DNA from: an uncultured Gemmatimonadales bacterium
GTDB taxonomy: Bacteria; Gemmatimonadota; Gemmatimonadetes; Longimicrobiales; Gaopeijiaceae
DNA length: 64,000 nt
Direction of reading: 5' to 3'
Assembly (NCBI GenBank): GCA_963823035.1
Contig: CAWGKG010000018.1
Coordinates: 384,001 to 448,000 of the forward strand
Notes under the pieces: model-generated
Told to the model about the DNA's origin: nothing
The model's database searches: none
Seen by the model: only the letters and a program-made list of their open reading frames with translations
Position numbers and translations under genes: made by a program
Shown here: positions 49,152 to 60,180 of the stretch, piece by piece
Position numbering within the stretch: position 1 is the first letter of the stretch
Layout of the letters: each line of letters starts with the position of its first letter

Positions 49152-50126
49152 GCGCCTTGATCTCGTCCGTGAGGCGCGGCACCACCTCGAACAGGTCGCC
49201 CACGATGCCGTAGTCGGCCACGTTGAAGATCGGCGCGTCCGGGTCCTTGTTCACGGCCACGATCGTTCCCGAGGTGCGCATGCCGGCGAGGTGCTGGATG
49301 GCGCCCGAGATCCCGATGGCCACGTACAGCTTGGGCGCCACCGTCTTCCCCGTCTGGCCGACCTGCTCGCCGTGGGGGCGCCAGCCGGCATCCACGACGG
49401 CCCGTGACGCACCGAGCGCGGCCCCGTCCCCGATGGCGTCGCGCAGCGCCTCGAGCAGGTTCCAGTTCGAGGGGTCCTTCATCCCCCGCCCGCCCGACAC
49501 GATGATCGTCGCCTCGGCCACGTCGAGCGCGCCGTCCCCCGCCGCCTTCCGCTCGACGACGCGCACCTTCCACGACGCCGCATCGACCGAGGGGGTGAAG
49601 CTCTCCACCTTGCCGGCGGCCTGCCGCTCCTCCGGCTGGAAGACGTTCGGCCGGATCGTGACCATCGCGGGCGTCGCCTCCATGCGCAGGTGCGCGAACG
49701 CCTTGCCCGCGTAGACGGGGCGTATCGCGCGCACGGCGCCGTCGCTCGGCGTCGAGGCCCGTCACGTCGCTGGCCAGAGGAACGTCCAGGAGGGCCGCGA
49801 CCCTCGGCGCGAGGTCCTTTCCGAGCGTCGTGGCCGGAAAGACCACCGCGCCGTAGGAGCCGGCCCGGACCCGTTCGGCCACGACGGCCGCGTAGCCCTC
49901 CGGGTTGTAGTCGGCGAGGTCGGCGTGCTCACCGACCTCGCACGACGGCGGCACCGAAGCGTCCGAGGTCCGCGGCCGAGCCACCGACGCCCGGGCCGCC
50001 GAGCACGAGCGCGTGGACCTCACCGCCGAGGCCGGGCGCGATGCGGGCCGCGGCGCTCACCGCTTCCCGCGCAGCGCCCCGGATCTCACCGTCTCTCTGC
50101 TCCGCGAAGGCGAGCACGTCCGCCAT
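49135..50126 (-). CDS. etfA: Electron transfer flavoprotein alpha subunit, with frameshifts near 49940 and 49745
   Basis: VSGGRG, GASRAVVD, QVGQTGK, GISGAIQH, NKDPDAPIF. The N-terminal part is split over frames. Confidence 0.92.
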
Positions 50127-50187
50127 TGCGTCTATCTCCGTAGGGGGTGTCTGTCGTCGATGTCGTGTCGTGCGAACCGCGCCGTCC

Positions 50188-50937
50188 TCAGAGGACGTTC
50201 GCCTCCGCACGCAGCAGGCGGACGAGCTCCGGCGCGGCGTCCGCGCCCTCGCCGACGATCTTCCCCGCGGCCCGCTCCGGCGGGTACTCGAGGCGCTCGA
50301 CCGTGATCCGGCCTTCCGTCGCGCCTGCCGGCTTCTGCTCGAGCGGCTTCTTCTTGGCCGCCATGATGCCCTTCAGGGAGGCGTAGCGGGGCTCGTACGT
50401 GCCCTTCGTGATCGTGAGCAGCGCGGGCAGCCGGGCCTCCACGACCTCCACGCCGCCCTCCACCTCGCGGTGGCACGTCACCGTGCCGTCGCCGAGCTCG
50501 AAGGAGCCGACCCCGGTCACGCAGGGTCGGCCGAGCAGCACCGCCGTCATCGGGCCCACCTGCTGCTGGTCGTCGTCCGCGGCCTTCACGCCGAAGAGGA
50601 TGAGCGGGGCGTCCGCACCGTCGAGCTCCGCCGCGAGCGCCTTGGCCGTGGCCAGCCCGTCCGTGGAGGCCCCTCCCTGCAGGAGGACCGCCTTGTCGGC
50701 GCCCATGGCGAGCCCGGCCCGAAGCGTCTCCTGGGACGCGTCGTCCCCCAGGGTGACGAGCGTCACCTCACCCGAGCCCGCGCCCTCCTTGGTGCGCAGC
50801 GCGGCCTCGACGGCGAACTCGTCGTAGGGGCTCATGATGAACTTGACCCCCGCGGGGTCGATGTTCGTGCCGCTCTCGCCGATCCGGATTCGGGTCTCGG
50901 TGTCCGGCACTCGCTTCACGCATACGATGACGTCCAA
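50188..50937 (-). CDS. etfB: Electron transfer flavoprotein beta subunit (TTG start)
   Basis: VCVKRVPD, PYDEFAVEAAL, LAMGAD, PRYASLKGIMAAKKK. Confidence 0.95.
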   Translation of the reverse strand: MDVIVCVKRVPDTETRIRIGESGTNIDPAGVKFIMSPYDEFAVEAALRTKEGAGSGEVTLVTLGDDASQETLRAGLAMGADKAVLLQGGASTDGLATAKALAAELDGADAPLILFGVKAADDDQQQVGPMTAVLLGRPCVTGVGSFELGDGTVTCHREVEGGVEVVEARLPALLTITKGTYEPRYASLKGIMAAKKKPLEQKPAGATEGRITVERLEYPPERAAGKIVGEGADAAPELVRLLRAEANVL

Positions 50938-51097
50938 CGCAGAACTCCGTTCCACAAGGTCCGGGCGCCTCGGTCGGGCGCCGCAATACTCGCTGTCGTC
51001 GAGACGGGAGGAGGGTCGTGGCGGCGTACCCCCCACCCCACTCGTGGATCCGCCCCGGGCGCACCCGTCGAGGCCGGCGCTCCGGGACCGATCCTCC

Positions 51098-52512
51098 CTA
51101 CAGGACCGCCCCCAGGATCGCGAAGCAGACGGCCGCGATCCCGCCGCCCACCAGCGCGTACGGCAACTGCGTGCGCACGTGGTCGATGTGGTCCGTGGCT
51201 GCCGCCATGGACGCGATGATCGTGGTGTCCGAGATCGGCGAGCAGTGGTCGCCGAACACGCCACCGGACAGCGAAGCCGCCACGAACGGTGCGGCAGGTA
51301 GCCCGAGCGTCATGGCGGCCGGCACCGCGATCGGCAGCATGATCGCGAAGGTCCCCCAGCTGGTCCCGGTCGAGAACGCGATGGTGGCCGCCACCACGAA
51401 GACCAGCGGGAGGAAGAGGTACGGCGGCAGGAGCCCCGAGGTCACCTGCGCCACGTACTCGCCCGTGCCCAGCTGCTTGGCCACGCTCCCCAGGGCGATC
51501 GCCAGGAGGAGGATGAGCGCGAGCGGCACGAGCCCACCCGCCCCTTTCAGGCCGACCTTCACCAGCTCGTGCGGTCGTGTACGCCTTCTGGGCGAGCAGC
51601 AGGACCCACGCGGTGCCCAGCCCCACGAGCACGGACCAGAGGACGGACGTCGAGCCCGAGCCGGCCAGGAGATCGCCGTCTCCCGTGATGAACAAGGCCG
51701 ACGGGCATGAACAGCACCATGGCGGCGATGGGCAGGAACATGTTGTAGGCGCGCGGCTCGATGCGGTCGTTCGGCTTCGGCGAGAGGATCTCCTCGTCGA
51801 TCATCGGCGTCGCGCCGGGCCACAGGACCTCTCCGCGCCGCGTCCGCTCCTCCGCCTTCCGCATCGGTCCGAAGTCGAGTCCCCACAGGATGACGGCGAG
51901 CACCAGCAGGACCGCGACGATCGCGTAGAAGTTGAGGACCACGGCCTCGAGGAAGACCTTGAGCGGATCCTGCACGCCCAGCCCCTCGAGGATGCCCAGG
52001 TTGTAGGCGCCCCACGCGTTCATGGGAATCAGGATGCAGATGGGCGCCGAGGTCGAGTCGATGATGTAGGCGAGCTTCTCGCGCGAGCACCGGTAGCGGT
52101 CGCACAGCGGGCGCGCCACCGCGCCCGACACCAGGACGGTGATGTTGGACTCGATGAAGATCACGCAGCCCGTGAAGAAGGCCAGGAGCTGCGAGCGCTT
52201 CGCGTTCGTCACCCAGTTCGTCCGCTCCAGGTACGCGACGAAGCCGCGCACGCCGCCCGAGGCCTCGACCGTGGCGATGAGCGCGCCGATCACGATCGTG
52301 AAGAGGATCGCGCGCGTGTTGCCCTCGTCCTGGAACACGGAGACCACGCCCTGGATGGCGCCTCCCATCCCCGCGACCGGATTCCACCCGGCGAGGATCG
52401 TCCAGCCGAGCCAGAGCCCTCCGGCGAGGGACAGGTAGACCTGTCGGCTCCAGATCGCCAGGACGATGGCCAGGACCGGGGGGAGCACCGAGATCCAGGT
52501 GGGATCGCTCAT
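51098..52512 (-). CDS. NhaC/MleN-family Na+/H+ antiporter or amino-acid transporter, with frameshifts around 51570-51700
   Basis: SVLPP, REKLAYIIDSTSAP, FSTGTSWGTF, GDHCSPISDTTI, HVRTQLPYA. Confidence 0.88.
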
Positions 52513-53072
52513 CCGTTCTTCCTTGGAGGGGGAACGCGGGATACGCCCGGGGAGCCGAGAACATAGAACCGCAGCGGCCGATCCGCCGCCGCGCGCACGC
52601 CGACGCGTCCTCCGACGCCGACCGCGGTGTCCGGGACCTTCCATCCCGGCTCCAGCGTCAGAGGGGGTCGGAGGAGGTCGTGTCCGTAGAGGGCATCCGT
52701 GATCCCGAGCGCCTCACACAGCCTGCCGGGTCCCGCCGCGAGCGGACGCTTCCCCCGTCGCCGGAGCGCCATCGTCTCGGCGCCCATCAGCGGATCGAGC
52801 CCACGCAGGAGCACGGCCTGGGGGTCCCCTTCGGCCCCGGTCACCACGTTCACGCACCAGTGCATCCCGTAGATGCGGTACACGTACGCGTGCGCCGGCG
52901 GACCGAACATGGCGCGGTTGCGTCGGGTGCGCCCGACGCGGGTGGCGGCGTGCGAGGCGGGGTCGTCCGCTCCCTCGTACGCCTCGACCTCGACGATCAC
53001 TCCGGAGGTCACGGCGCCCCCCACTCGGGAGGTCAGGCGCGCGCCCAGCAGCCTACGCGCTACCTCGGCCAC
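52509..53072 (-). CDS. DNA-3-methyladenine glycosylase (MPG/AAG family); start approximate
   Basis: IVEVEAY, DPASH, YVYRIYGMHWC, AVLLRG, GPGRLC, RVGV. Confidence 0.9.
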   Translation of the reverse strand: MAEVARRLLGARLTSRVGGAVTSGVIVEVEAYEGADDPASHAATRVGRTRRNRAMFGPPAHAYVYRIYGMHWCVNVVTGAEGDPQAVLLRGLDPLMGAETMALRRRGKRPLAAGPGRLCEALGITDALYGHDLLRPPLTLEPGWKVPDTAVGVGGRVGVRAAADRPLRFYVLGSPGVSRVPPPRKNG

Positions 53073-53165
53073 GGGCCTGGAGAAGAGCCCCGCGGCGAAG
53101 GCGCTCGCCGGCGGGACGTCCGCGCGCCACGGGAGCGCAACCCCCGTCTTCCGGCGCGCCTGCCT

Positions 53166-55039
53166 TCAGGACTCGTTCCGACCCCGGGGACCCCGTCGGC
53201 GACCGCCTCGGCGGCCGCCTCGCTCCGAGCGGCTGTTGTCCCCTCCGCCTCCGCCGTCTCCGCCGCCGGAGCGACGGCCCAGCCGGCGCTCGTAGTCCGT
53301 GTGCCAGGCTTCGAGCACCTGCTCCGCCCGCTTCGGCGTCACCGCCGCTTTGATCGCGTCGGGATCGTCCCGCAGCACCCGGAACAGATCCGTCCCGAAG
53401 CGCTCCACCAGCGACTCGGCCGTCTTCTCACCAACGCCGCGATAGCGGTGCGTGAGGTAGCGGGCGATCGCGTCGGGATCGGTGGGGAGCCCCAGCTCGC
53501 CCGCGTCGAACGGACCGGAGTTGCCGGCGCTGGTGCCCACGGGAGCCGCAGCCGCTCCGACGGTCTCCTGGTCCGGCTCGTCGTGATGCGGGGACGACAC
53601 CACCTGCCCCTCGAAGAGCGAAGGCGCATCGTCTTCGTAGCGGCGACGTGTGGACCCGCGACGCGGGCCGAGGCGCCTGCCGACGTCGCTCACCTCGTCC
53701 GGATCGATCTCGATGAGCGCCGGCTCCCCCGCTGTGGCCGCTTCGGTCTCGACGACCACGGCCTCCTCGGACGACGGCTCCTTCGCGGACGGCTCCCGCT
53801 CCTCCGGGGCCGCCGGCTCGCGACGTGGCTCCGGCTCCCGCGTCCTCTCCCTTCGAGACGCGTCCCCGCCAGGAAGCGTCACCTCGTAGTTGCCCGCCTC
53901 GGTCTTGAGGAGGCGGACGACGTCGTGGTCCTCGGCCTGCGAGAGGAACTTGCTGAACTTCGAGAACCCGAGCTCCGCCTCGTCGAAGCCGCCATCGAGC
54001 TCGAGCATCTTCCGCTTCACGTCCGAATCGCGAACCGGATCGCGTCCCGCCTCCCGCAGCTCCTCGAGCGAGCGCGTCATCAGGGCGTAGGCTGCGCGCA
54101 GCGGGTCGCCGGACTCGGCTTCGGGCGGAGGCGGGGGTGCGGGTTCGGGGGTAGAGGGCTCGGGTGCCGACCTGGCGCGGGGCTCCCGCTCACGGCGCTC
54201 TCCACGGCCACGGCCGCGCTCGCGCCGGGTGGTCTCCCGCTCCTCGCCGTCGTCCCGCCGCCCGCGACCGCGCCGCGGACACCTCGTACTGACCGTTGTC
54301 GAGCTTGTGCAGCTTCACCAGCCCGCGCGACGAGGCCTCCGTGAGGAACTTCGAGAACTTGCTGAAGCCGAGGCCGCTCTCGTCGAAGGCGGGATCGATC
54401 TCCTGCATGACCTGCTTGAGGCGATCCGAGCGCATGACGTCGTCGCGGTCGCTCATGCGCTTGAGCGCGTCCCTCACCAGGATCCAGGGGTCCTGATCCC
54501 GCTGGTCGGACTCGGTGGTCTTCTTGAGCCCGGACAGGCGTGGTGTACGAGTAGTACTCGTCGCAGTTCTGGACGAGGATGTCCGAGGTGGACTCCTGGA
54601 TGCCCACGCCGATCACGTACTTGCCGTATTCCTTCAGCTTGAGCACGAGGCTCGAGAAGTCGGAGTCCCCCGTGAGCAGGATGAACGTCCCGATCTCCGG
54701 GCGCGTGAACACCAGCTCGACCGCGTCGATGGCCATGCGGATGTCGGTGGCGTTCTTCTTGTTGCTCCCGTAGGCGGGGGCGAAGATCAGATCCACCGAG
54801 GCCTCGGAGAGAGGCACGATGTACTGCGGGTAGCGCCGCCAGTCGGCATAGGCGCGCTGGACGCTGACCTTGCCCTTGATGACGTCGGAGCCGAGGAGCG
54901 TCTTCAGCTCCTTGGAGAGGTCGCTGCGCATCCCCATCGTGACGTTGTCGAAGTCGATGAGGAGGGCTGCGTGGGGTGAGTCGGACACCCCGATGGCTAC
55001 GCCCCCCTGGTGGGGAGCGCGCGTGTAGGGACTACTCAT
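53166..55039 (-). CDS. NYN-domain (PIN-like) protein with two OST-HTH/LOTUS domains and a C-terminal HhH-like domain; frameshifts near 54540 and 54100
   Basis: NYN motifs IDFDN, KNATDI, TGDSDF. Two LOTUS-like units (FDESGLGFSKFSKFL; FDEAELGFSKFSKFL). HhH-like RGVGEKTAESLVERFG. Confidence 0.8.
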
Positions 55040-55166
55040 GCGTTGTGTATCTCGCTGACCGAGTTGTGGTTGGCCGCGAGACCTCCCCACCTCTTCCGCG
55101 TCCTTCAGGACCACGGACGGGGTCGGGGAAGCCTGGCAACGCCCATCCGGGCGCTTGCGGCATGCT

Positions 55167-56769
55167 TCAGGCCGAACGGCCCATCGACTGTACGAGTCGG
55201 GAGAGCTCGATCCGGCGGATCTTACCCGTTCCCGTGCGAGGGAGGGCGTCGAAGAAGCGAACCTGGTCCGGGATCTTGGTGTCCGCGAGCGTTCCGCGGC
55301 ACCAGTCCACGATTTCCTGGCTCGTCACGATCGCCCCCTCCACGGGGACGATGCAGGCGCAGGTGGCTTCACCGAGGAGAGGGTCGGTCACGCCGACCAC
55401 CGCTGCCTCGCGTACCGCCGGGTGCGCCTCGAGTCGAGACTCGACCTCCCGGGGGTACACGTTGAAACCAGCTCTAATGATAACTTCTTTCCGGCGGCCC
55501 ACCAAATGGACGTAGCCCTCCTCGTCCACGATCCCCAGGTCACCGGTGAGGAGGTAGCCGTCGCGATCGAAGGCCGCGGCCGTCTCGCCGGGCTGGCGGT
55601 GGTAGCCGAGCATCACGCCGGGGCCCTTCACCGCGATCTCCCCGACGCTCTCGACGGGGAGCTCCTGCCCATCGCGCTCGAGGATGCGCAGCTCGGTTCC
55701 CGGCAGCGGCTTTCCGACGGTGTACGTGCGCTTCTCCTCGGGGTCGTCCGGACGGGCGACGCACAGGGTCGAAGAGGTCTCCGTCAGGGAGTACGCGACC
55801 AGCACCGTGTCACAGAGTTGATCGCGGATCCGCCGCACGAGGTCGTCGCCCACGGGCGCGCCCGAGGGCATGGCGACACGAAGGCTGGACAGATCCCGAG
55901 CGCGTTCCCGCTGCGCCGCGATGTCCGCGATGAAGCTCGTCGGCACCCCGCAGAGCACGGTCGCCCGGTGACGGACGATCAGGTCGAGGGTGCCGTGGGC
56001 GTCCGGCTCCAGATCGAGCACGAGCGCCGCCCCCGCCGCCAGCGTGGACAGCAGTCCGGGCCCGAGCCCGAATACGTGATGGAGCGCGCTCACCCCCACC
56101 ATCCGGTCGTCGGGGCTCAGCCCCAGCGCTGCGGCCGTGCCCGCCGCCACGGAGAGGAGGTTGGCGTGCGACAGCTCGACGCCCTTCGGCTTCCCCGTGG
56201 TCCCGGACGTGTAGACGATCGCGAAGCAGTCCTTCACCGGATCGATGTCCGGGGAGGGATAGTCGCGCCCCCAGCCTGCGGACATGAGGTCCTCGTACTG
56301 GAAGATACGGTCGTCGTACCAGAGGTCCTCCTCACCGACCGTCACCAGGTACTGCAGCTCGGGAAGCCGCACGAGGAGCTCCTCGAACAGCTGCAGGAAA
56401 TCGATGTCCCACGCGCGCTCCACCGTCACCGCGCATACGGCCTCGGAGTGCCGGAGCGTGTACTGCAGCTCCCCCGGTGGCTGACGCGGGTCGAGCGGAA
56501 CGATCACGCCTCCCGAGCTTCGCGACCGCGAAGAGCGAGACGACGAACTCGGGGCAGTTCGGCAGGACGAGCGCCACGCGGTCGCCGGCCTCGACTCCGA
56601 GGTTCGCAAGGCCGGCTGCGAGCGCGTCGGACCGGCTGTCGACGTCGCCGAAGGTGAGCGCGCCTCCCGCACCGAGGAGATAGGCCCGTCCCGGATCCGA
56701 GGTCGCCCTGGTGGCCAGGGCTGCCCCGACGCTGGACCCTCTGAAGCGCTCAGCTGAGCGCCATGGCAC
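55167..56769 (-). CDS. Acyl-CoA synthetase / long-chain fatty-acid-CoA ligase, with a frameshift near 56510
   Basis: [47 protein letters not shown]. Confidence 0.88.
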
Positions 56770-56778
56770 CTCCGCCGT

Positions 56779-57927
56779 TCACGATGTCACCCCATCGGCC
56801 TTCCGGTCACCCAGCACCTCCGCGAGCAGAGCGGCGACGGCGGCATGCGGCACGTCGCGGCTCCACCCGTGGGTGTTCTCCACCACCCCGACGCGCTCGA
56901 GGAGCACGTAGCGGGGCTGGCCCCGCCGGGCCTTCTTGTCCGCTCCCAGGAATCCCAGCACCGCGGCCTCGTCCACGACATCCCGCGGGACGGTACCGAG
57001 ACCGAAACGCGCCAGCGTGTCGGTCAACCGCTTCGCCGTTCCGTCTTTCGTTACGCCCAGGTCCTCGCCCAGGCGCGCCTCGAGCACCATACCCGCAGCC
57101 ACGGCGCTCCCGTGACCGATCGACCAGGACGCGGCCGCCTCGATCGCGTGCCCCAGCGTGTGCCCGAAGTTGAGGACCTGGCGCAAGCCCGACTCCCGCT
57201 CGTCCTCGCTGACGACGCGAGCCTTGATCTGGACGGAGCGGAGCACCGACGCGCGTGTCGCGGCGACGTCGCCGGCCATGAGCGGCGATGCCTCCTCGCC
57301 GAGCCGGTCGAAGTAGGCGTCGTCCAGGATGGCCCCGTGCTTCACCGCCTCCGCCAGCCCCTGCGCGCGCTCCATCGAAGGCAACGTCCGGGTGACCTGC
57401 GGATCCGCCAACACCACGCGCGGTGCGTGGAACGCCCCGACGAGGTTCTTGCCTGCGCGGACATCCACACCGGTCTTGCCCCCGACCGAAGCGTCGACCA
57501 TCGCGACCATGCTCGTGGGTACCTGCACCAGCGGAATGCCCCGAAGGTAGGTGGCGGCCACGAATCCCGCGAGGTCCCCGGTGACCCCTCCGCCGAGCGC
57601 GACCACGACCGCGTCGCGTCCGAGTCCGGCCGCGAGCATGCGGTCCGTGAGGATCGACCACTGCTCGCGCGTCTTGGAGGCCTCCCCGTGCGGGAAGGAG
57701 AAGAGGTCGGCGTTCAGCCCCTCCCCGCGGCAACGCGCGGTCGCGTCCTCGCCGTAGAGCGCCGCCACGTTGTCGTCGGACACGATCGCGTAGCGGTGCG
57801 CCGGCGCATACTCCCGCAGGAGGTCGGGGAGGTGCGCGAGAAGCCCCTCCCCCACGAGGACCGGATACGCGCCGGATCCCGAGCCGACGAGGACGGAGGA
57901 GACCGTGGGATCTCCCGGATCGCTCAT
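56779..57927 (-). CDS. aroB: 3-dehydroquinate synthase
   Basis: GEASK, LGGGVTGDLAGF, VDASVGGKTG, KNLVGAF, LNFGHTLGHAIE, HG. Confidence 0.96.
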   Translation of the reverse strand: MSDPGDPTVSSVLVGSGSGAYPVLVGEGLLAHLPDLLREYAPAHRYAIVSDDNVAALYGEDATARCRGEGLNADLFSFPHGEASKTREQWSILTDRMLAAGLGRDAVVVALGGGVTGDLAGFVAATYLRGIPLVQVPTSMVAMVDASVGGKTGVDVRAGKNLVGAFHAPRVVLADPQVTRTLPSMERAQGLAEAVKHGAILDDAYFDRLGEEASPLMAGDVAATRASVLRSVQIKARVVSEDERESGLRQVLNFGHTLGHAIEAAASWSIGHGSAVAAGMVLEARLGEDLGVTKDGTAKRLTDTLARFGLGTVPRDVVDEAAVLGFLGADKKARRGQPRYVLLERVGVVENTHGWSRDVPHAAVAALLAEVLGDRKADGVTS

Positions 57928-59131
57928 CCGCGCACCCGCGCGCGCGTGGTGACGCCTGGAGGCAGCCCGACGCGTAGGATCGCCCCGGCGTGCCCGTCCA
58001 CGTCGACGGCCTCGAGCGTCGCGGCACCCGGCAGCCCGTCGAGGTGGCCCCTCAGCGCGGCCACGAACGCGTCGCGAGCCGCGGCGTCGTCCCACACCGA
58101 TGCCCATGCCAGACCCTCGCGGCCGTCCGGGAGCCGAACCAGGGCGTAGTCGTCGCCCACCCCACCCGTCGGCGAAGTGCGCGCTCCCCTCTCCGATCCT
58201 CGTGTCGAGCAGCACGCCGGTCTCCAGACGCCCGAGGTCGTCGCGGCGGACGACCTCCGCTCCCTCCACCTCGACGTCCAGCGGGACGGGAGCGTCGTCG
58301 AGGTCGTGCGTCAGCACCTGCTCCGTCGAACGCGGCAGGTAGTCGCCGAAGGGTGCGACCCGACTTACCCTCGTGCCATAGAGCCTGGACGTACCCCGCC
58401 CCCTCCACGTACGGAAACAGCAGCGACTCCTGGATCACGGGGGGCGCGCTCGCCAGCGCCGGGAACTGGGTGCGAATGCCCTCCAGCGCGGGGCGGAGGG
58501 AGGCCGCGAAATCCGGGATCTTCGACAGGTCCACCTTGGAGCCCTGCATCTGCTCCGTGAGGTACTCGAGCATCACGAGCGTCGCGTGGCCCTCGATCGC
58601 AGCCTGCGCCGCGTTCTTCCGGTCGTTGCCCAGGTGGTCGTCCGTGAGGGCGTGCAGGTCGACGGTCTGATCCTGCACGGCGTGGACCAGCTCGTGCACG
58701 AGCAGCCCCTGCACGGCGCCCTCGGGCTGGTCGTCGAGCACGAAGAGCGCCGTCGAGTCCGGCTCGTAGAAGCCCGCGACCTGCTCGGTGTAGAGCGCCA
58801 GCAGCACGGCACGCAGGTCCAACGAGTCCGGGACCAGTCCCAGGAGCGCGTACGCGGCGACCGTGGCACGCGCCTCCTCCTCCGGAAGCTCCTCGTCGAG
58901 CTTGGCGCGCAGGTAGCGCACGAGCTGGTCGCGGCTCCGCATCTCCAACCGCACCGGCGCCTTGAGCTCCATGCCGGCACGGCGGGCGAGATCGGGGAGG
59001 AGGGCCGCCGCGAGCTCCGCGAGATGGGGATCCGAGGACTGCACGAGCGAAGACGCCTGCTGCGCGCCGGAGTCGCACGCCCCGAGGGCCAGCGCGGCCA
59101 CGGCGAGCACCAGCCGGAGGAGCTTCGTCAT
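57924..59131 (-). CDS. Lipoprotein with HExxH zincin-like motif; frameshifts around 58150-58370
   Basis: Lipobox LGAC, VAGFYEP, HELVHAVQDQ, EGHAT, FPYVEG. The C-terminus (GDDY...SVWD) is in another frame. Confidence 0.75.
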
Positions 59132-59661
59132 CGCAGCGCCCCGGGAAGGAGGTCACCCGGGGGAAGGACCACCGGAAAGCGACCGGGAGCCCATCCGGCC
59201 GCGCGCGCGACCTCCGCCACGGTCCGGCCACTCCGGGGATCCCGCCATTCGGGCGCGACGTCGAGGAGGGGCACCACCACGAAGTCGCGGGAGGCCCATC
59301 GCTCGTGCGGGACGTGCAGCCCGGGTTCGTCTACCACGTCGTCTCCCACGAAAAGGACGTCCACGTCGAGCACGCGTGCCGCGCCGGGCTCCGTACGCAC
59401 CCTGCCTGCCTCCCGTTCGAGCCGGTCCGCGAGGCCCAGCGCGTCCCGTGCGCCCAGGGATCCTCGCCCGCGCACCACGGCGTTCAGATAGCTCGGCTGG
59501 TCCGCGCCCCCCTCCGGTGGGGTGCGGTAGACGCCGGAGGCCTCCGTTTCGTCCAGGACCCCGGCGAGTCCGGCACCCGCCCTGGCGAGCGCCTCGAGCG
59601 GCATGCCCAGATTGGCGCCCAGCGCGAACATGATGGTCTTCGTTTTCCGGCTCCGGATCAC
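59128..59661 (-). CDS. folK: 2-amino-4-hydroxy-6-hydroxymethyldihydropteridine diphosphokinase
   Basis: ALGANLG, SGVYRT, YLNAV, ARVLDVDVL, VPH, RDFVVVPL. Confidence 0.92.
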   Translation of the reverse strand: MIRSRKTKTIMFALGANLGMPLEALARAGAGLAGVLDETEASGVYRTPPEGGADQPSYLNAVVRGRGSLGARDALGLADRLEREAGRVRTEPGAARVLDVDVLFVGDDVVDEPGLHVPHERWASRDFVVVPLLDVAPEWRDPRSGRTVAEVARAAGWAPGRFPVVLPPGDLLPGALR

Positions 59662-60056
59662 GCGCCCGCGGAACCCCCCGGAGCACGCCCATAGCGGTCC
59701 TGGAAGCGAACCACGTCTTCCAGATGGGGCGTGGATGCCTCCAGCACGTCCGCGTCCGTGACCGCGACGATGCGATGGACGGTCCTGGGTGTCACCCGGA
59801 AGGACTCCCCCGCCCCGAGCCGCACGTCCTCGAGGCCGTCGGGAGCGGTACCCACCTCCAGGCGGATCTCGCCGGTCAGGAGGTGGAGGGTCTCGTCCTT
59901 CACCTCGTGCATCTGCACCGAGAGCGCCTCGCCGGCGTTCACGTGCAGGATCTTCCCCACGTAGAGGTCGGTTTCCGCCCAGATCAGCTCGTAGCCCCAG
60001 GGCTTCTCCACCCGCCGCGGCGTCGTCTTCAAGCGTGGCTTCTCCCGCTCCGGCAC
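59658..60056 (-). CDS. Cupin-domain protein (mannose-6-phosphate isomerase type II C-terminal-like)
   Basis: EKPWG, LSVQMHEVKDET, HRI, EASTP, DVVRFQDRYGR. Confidence 0.85.
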   Translation of the reverse strand: MPEREKPRLKTTPRRVEKPWGYELIWAETDLYVGKILHVNAGEALSVQMHEVKDETLHLLTGEIRLEVGTAPDGLEDVRLGAGESFRVTPRTVHRIVAVTDADVLEASTPHLEDVVRFQDRYGRAPGGSAGA

Positions 60057-60180
60057 CAGGTACCCCTCGATGGGGTAGGAACGTCAGACGTTGACGGCGC
60101 GGCGGGACGGGGTCAAGACGGCTCTGCCGCGCAGCGCTGGAGCGCGTCGTATCACGCCCCTTCGAAAATTCCGGAGCGAC

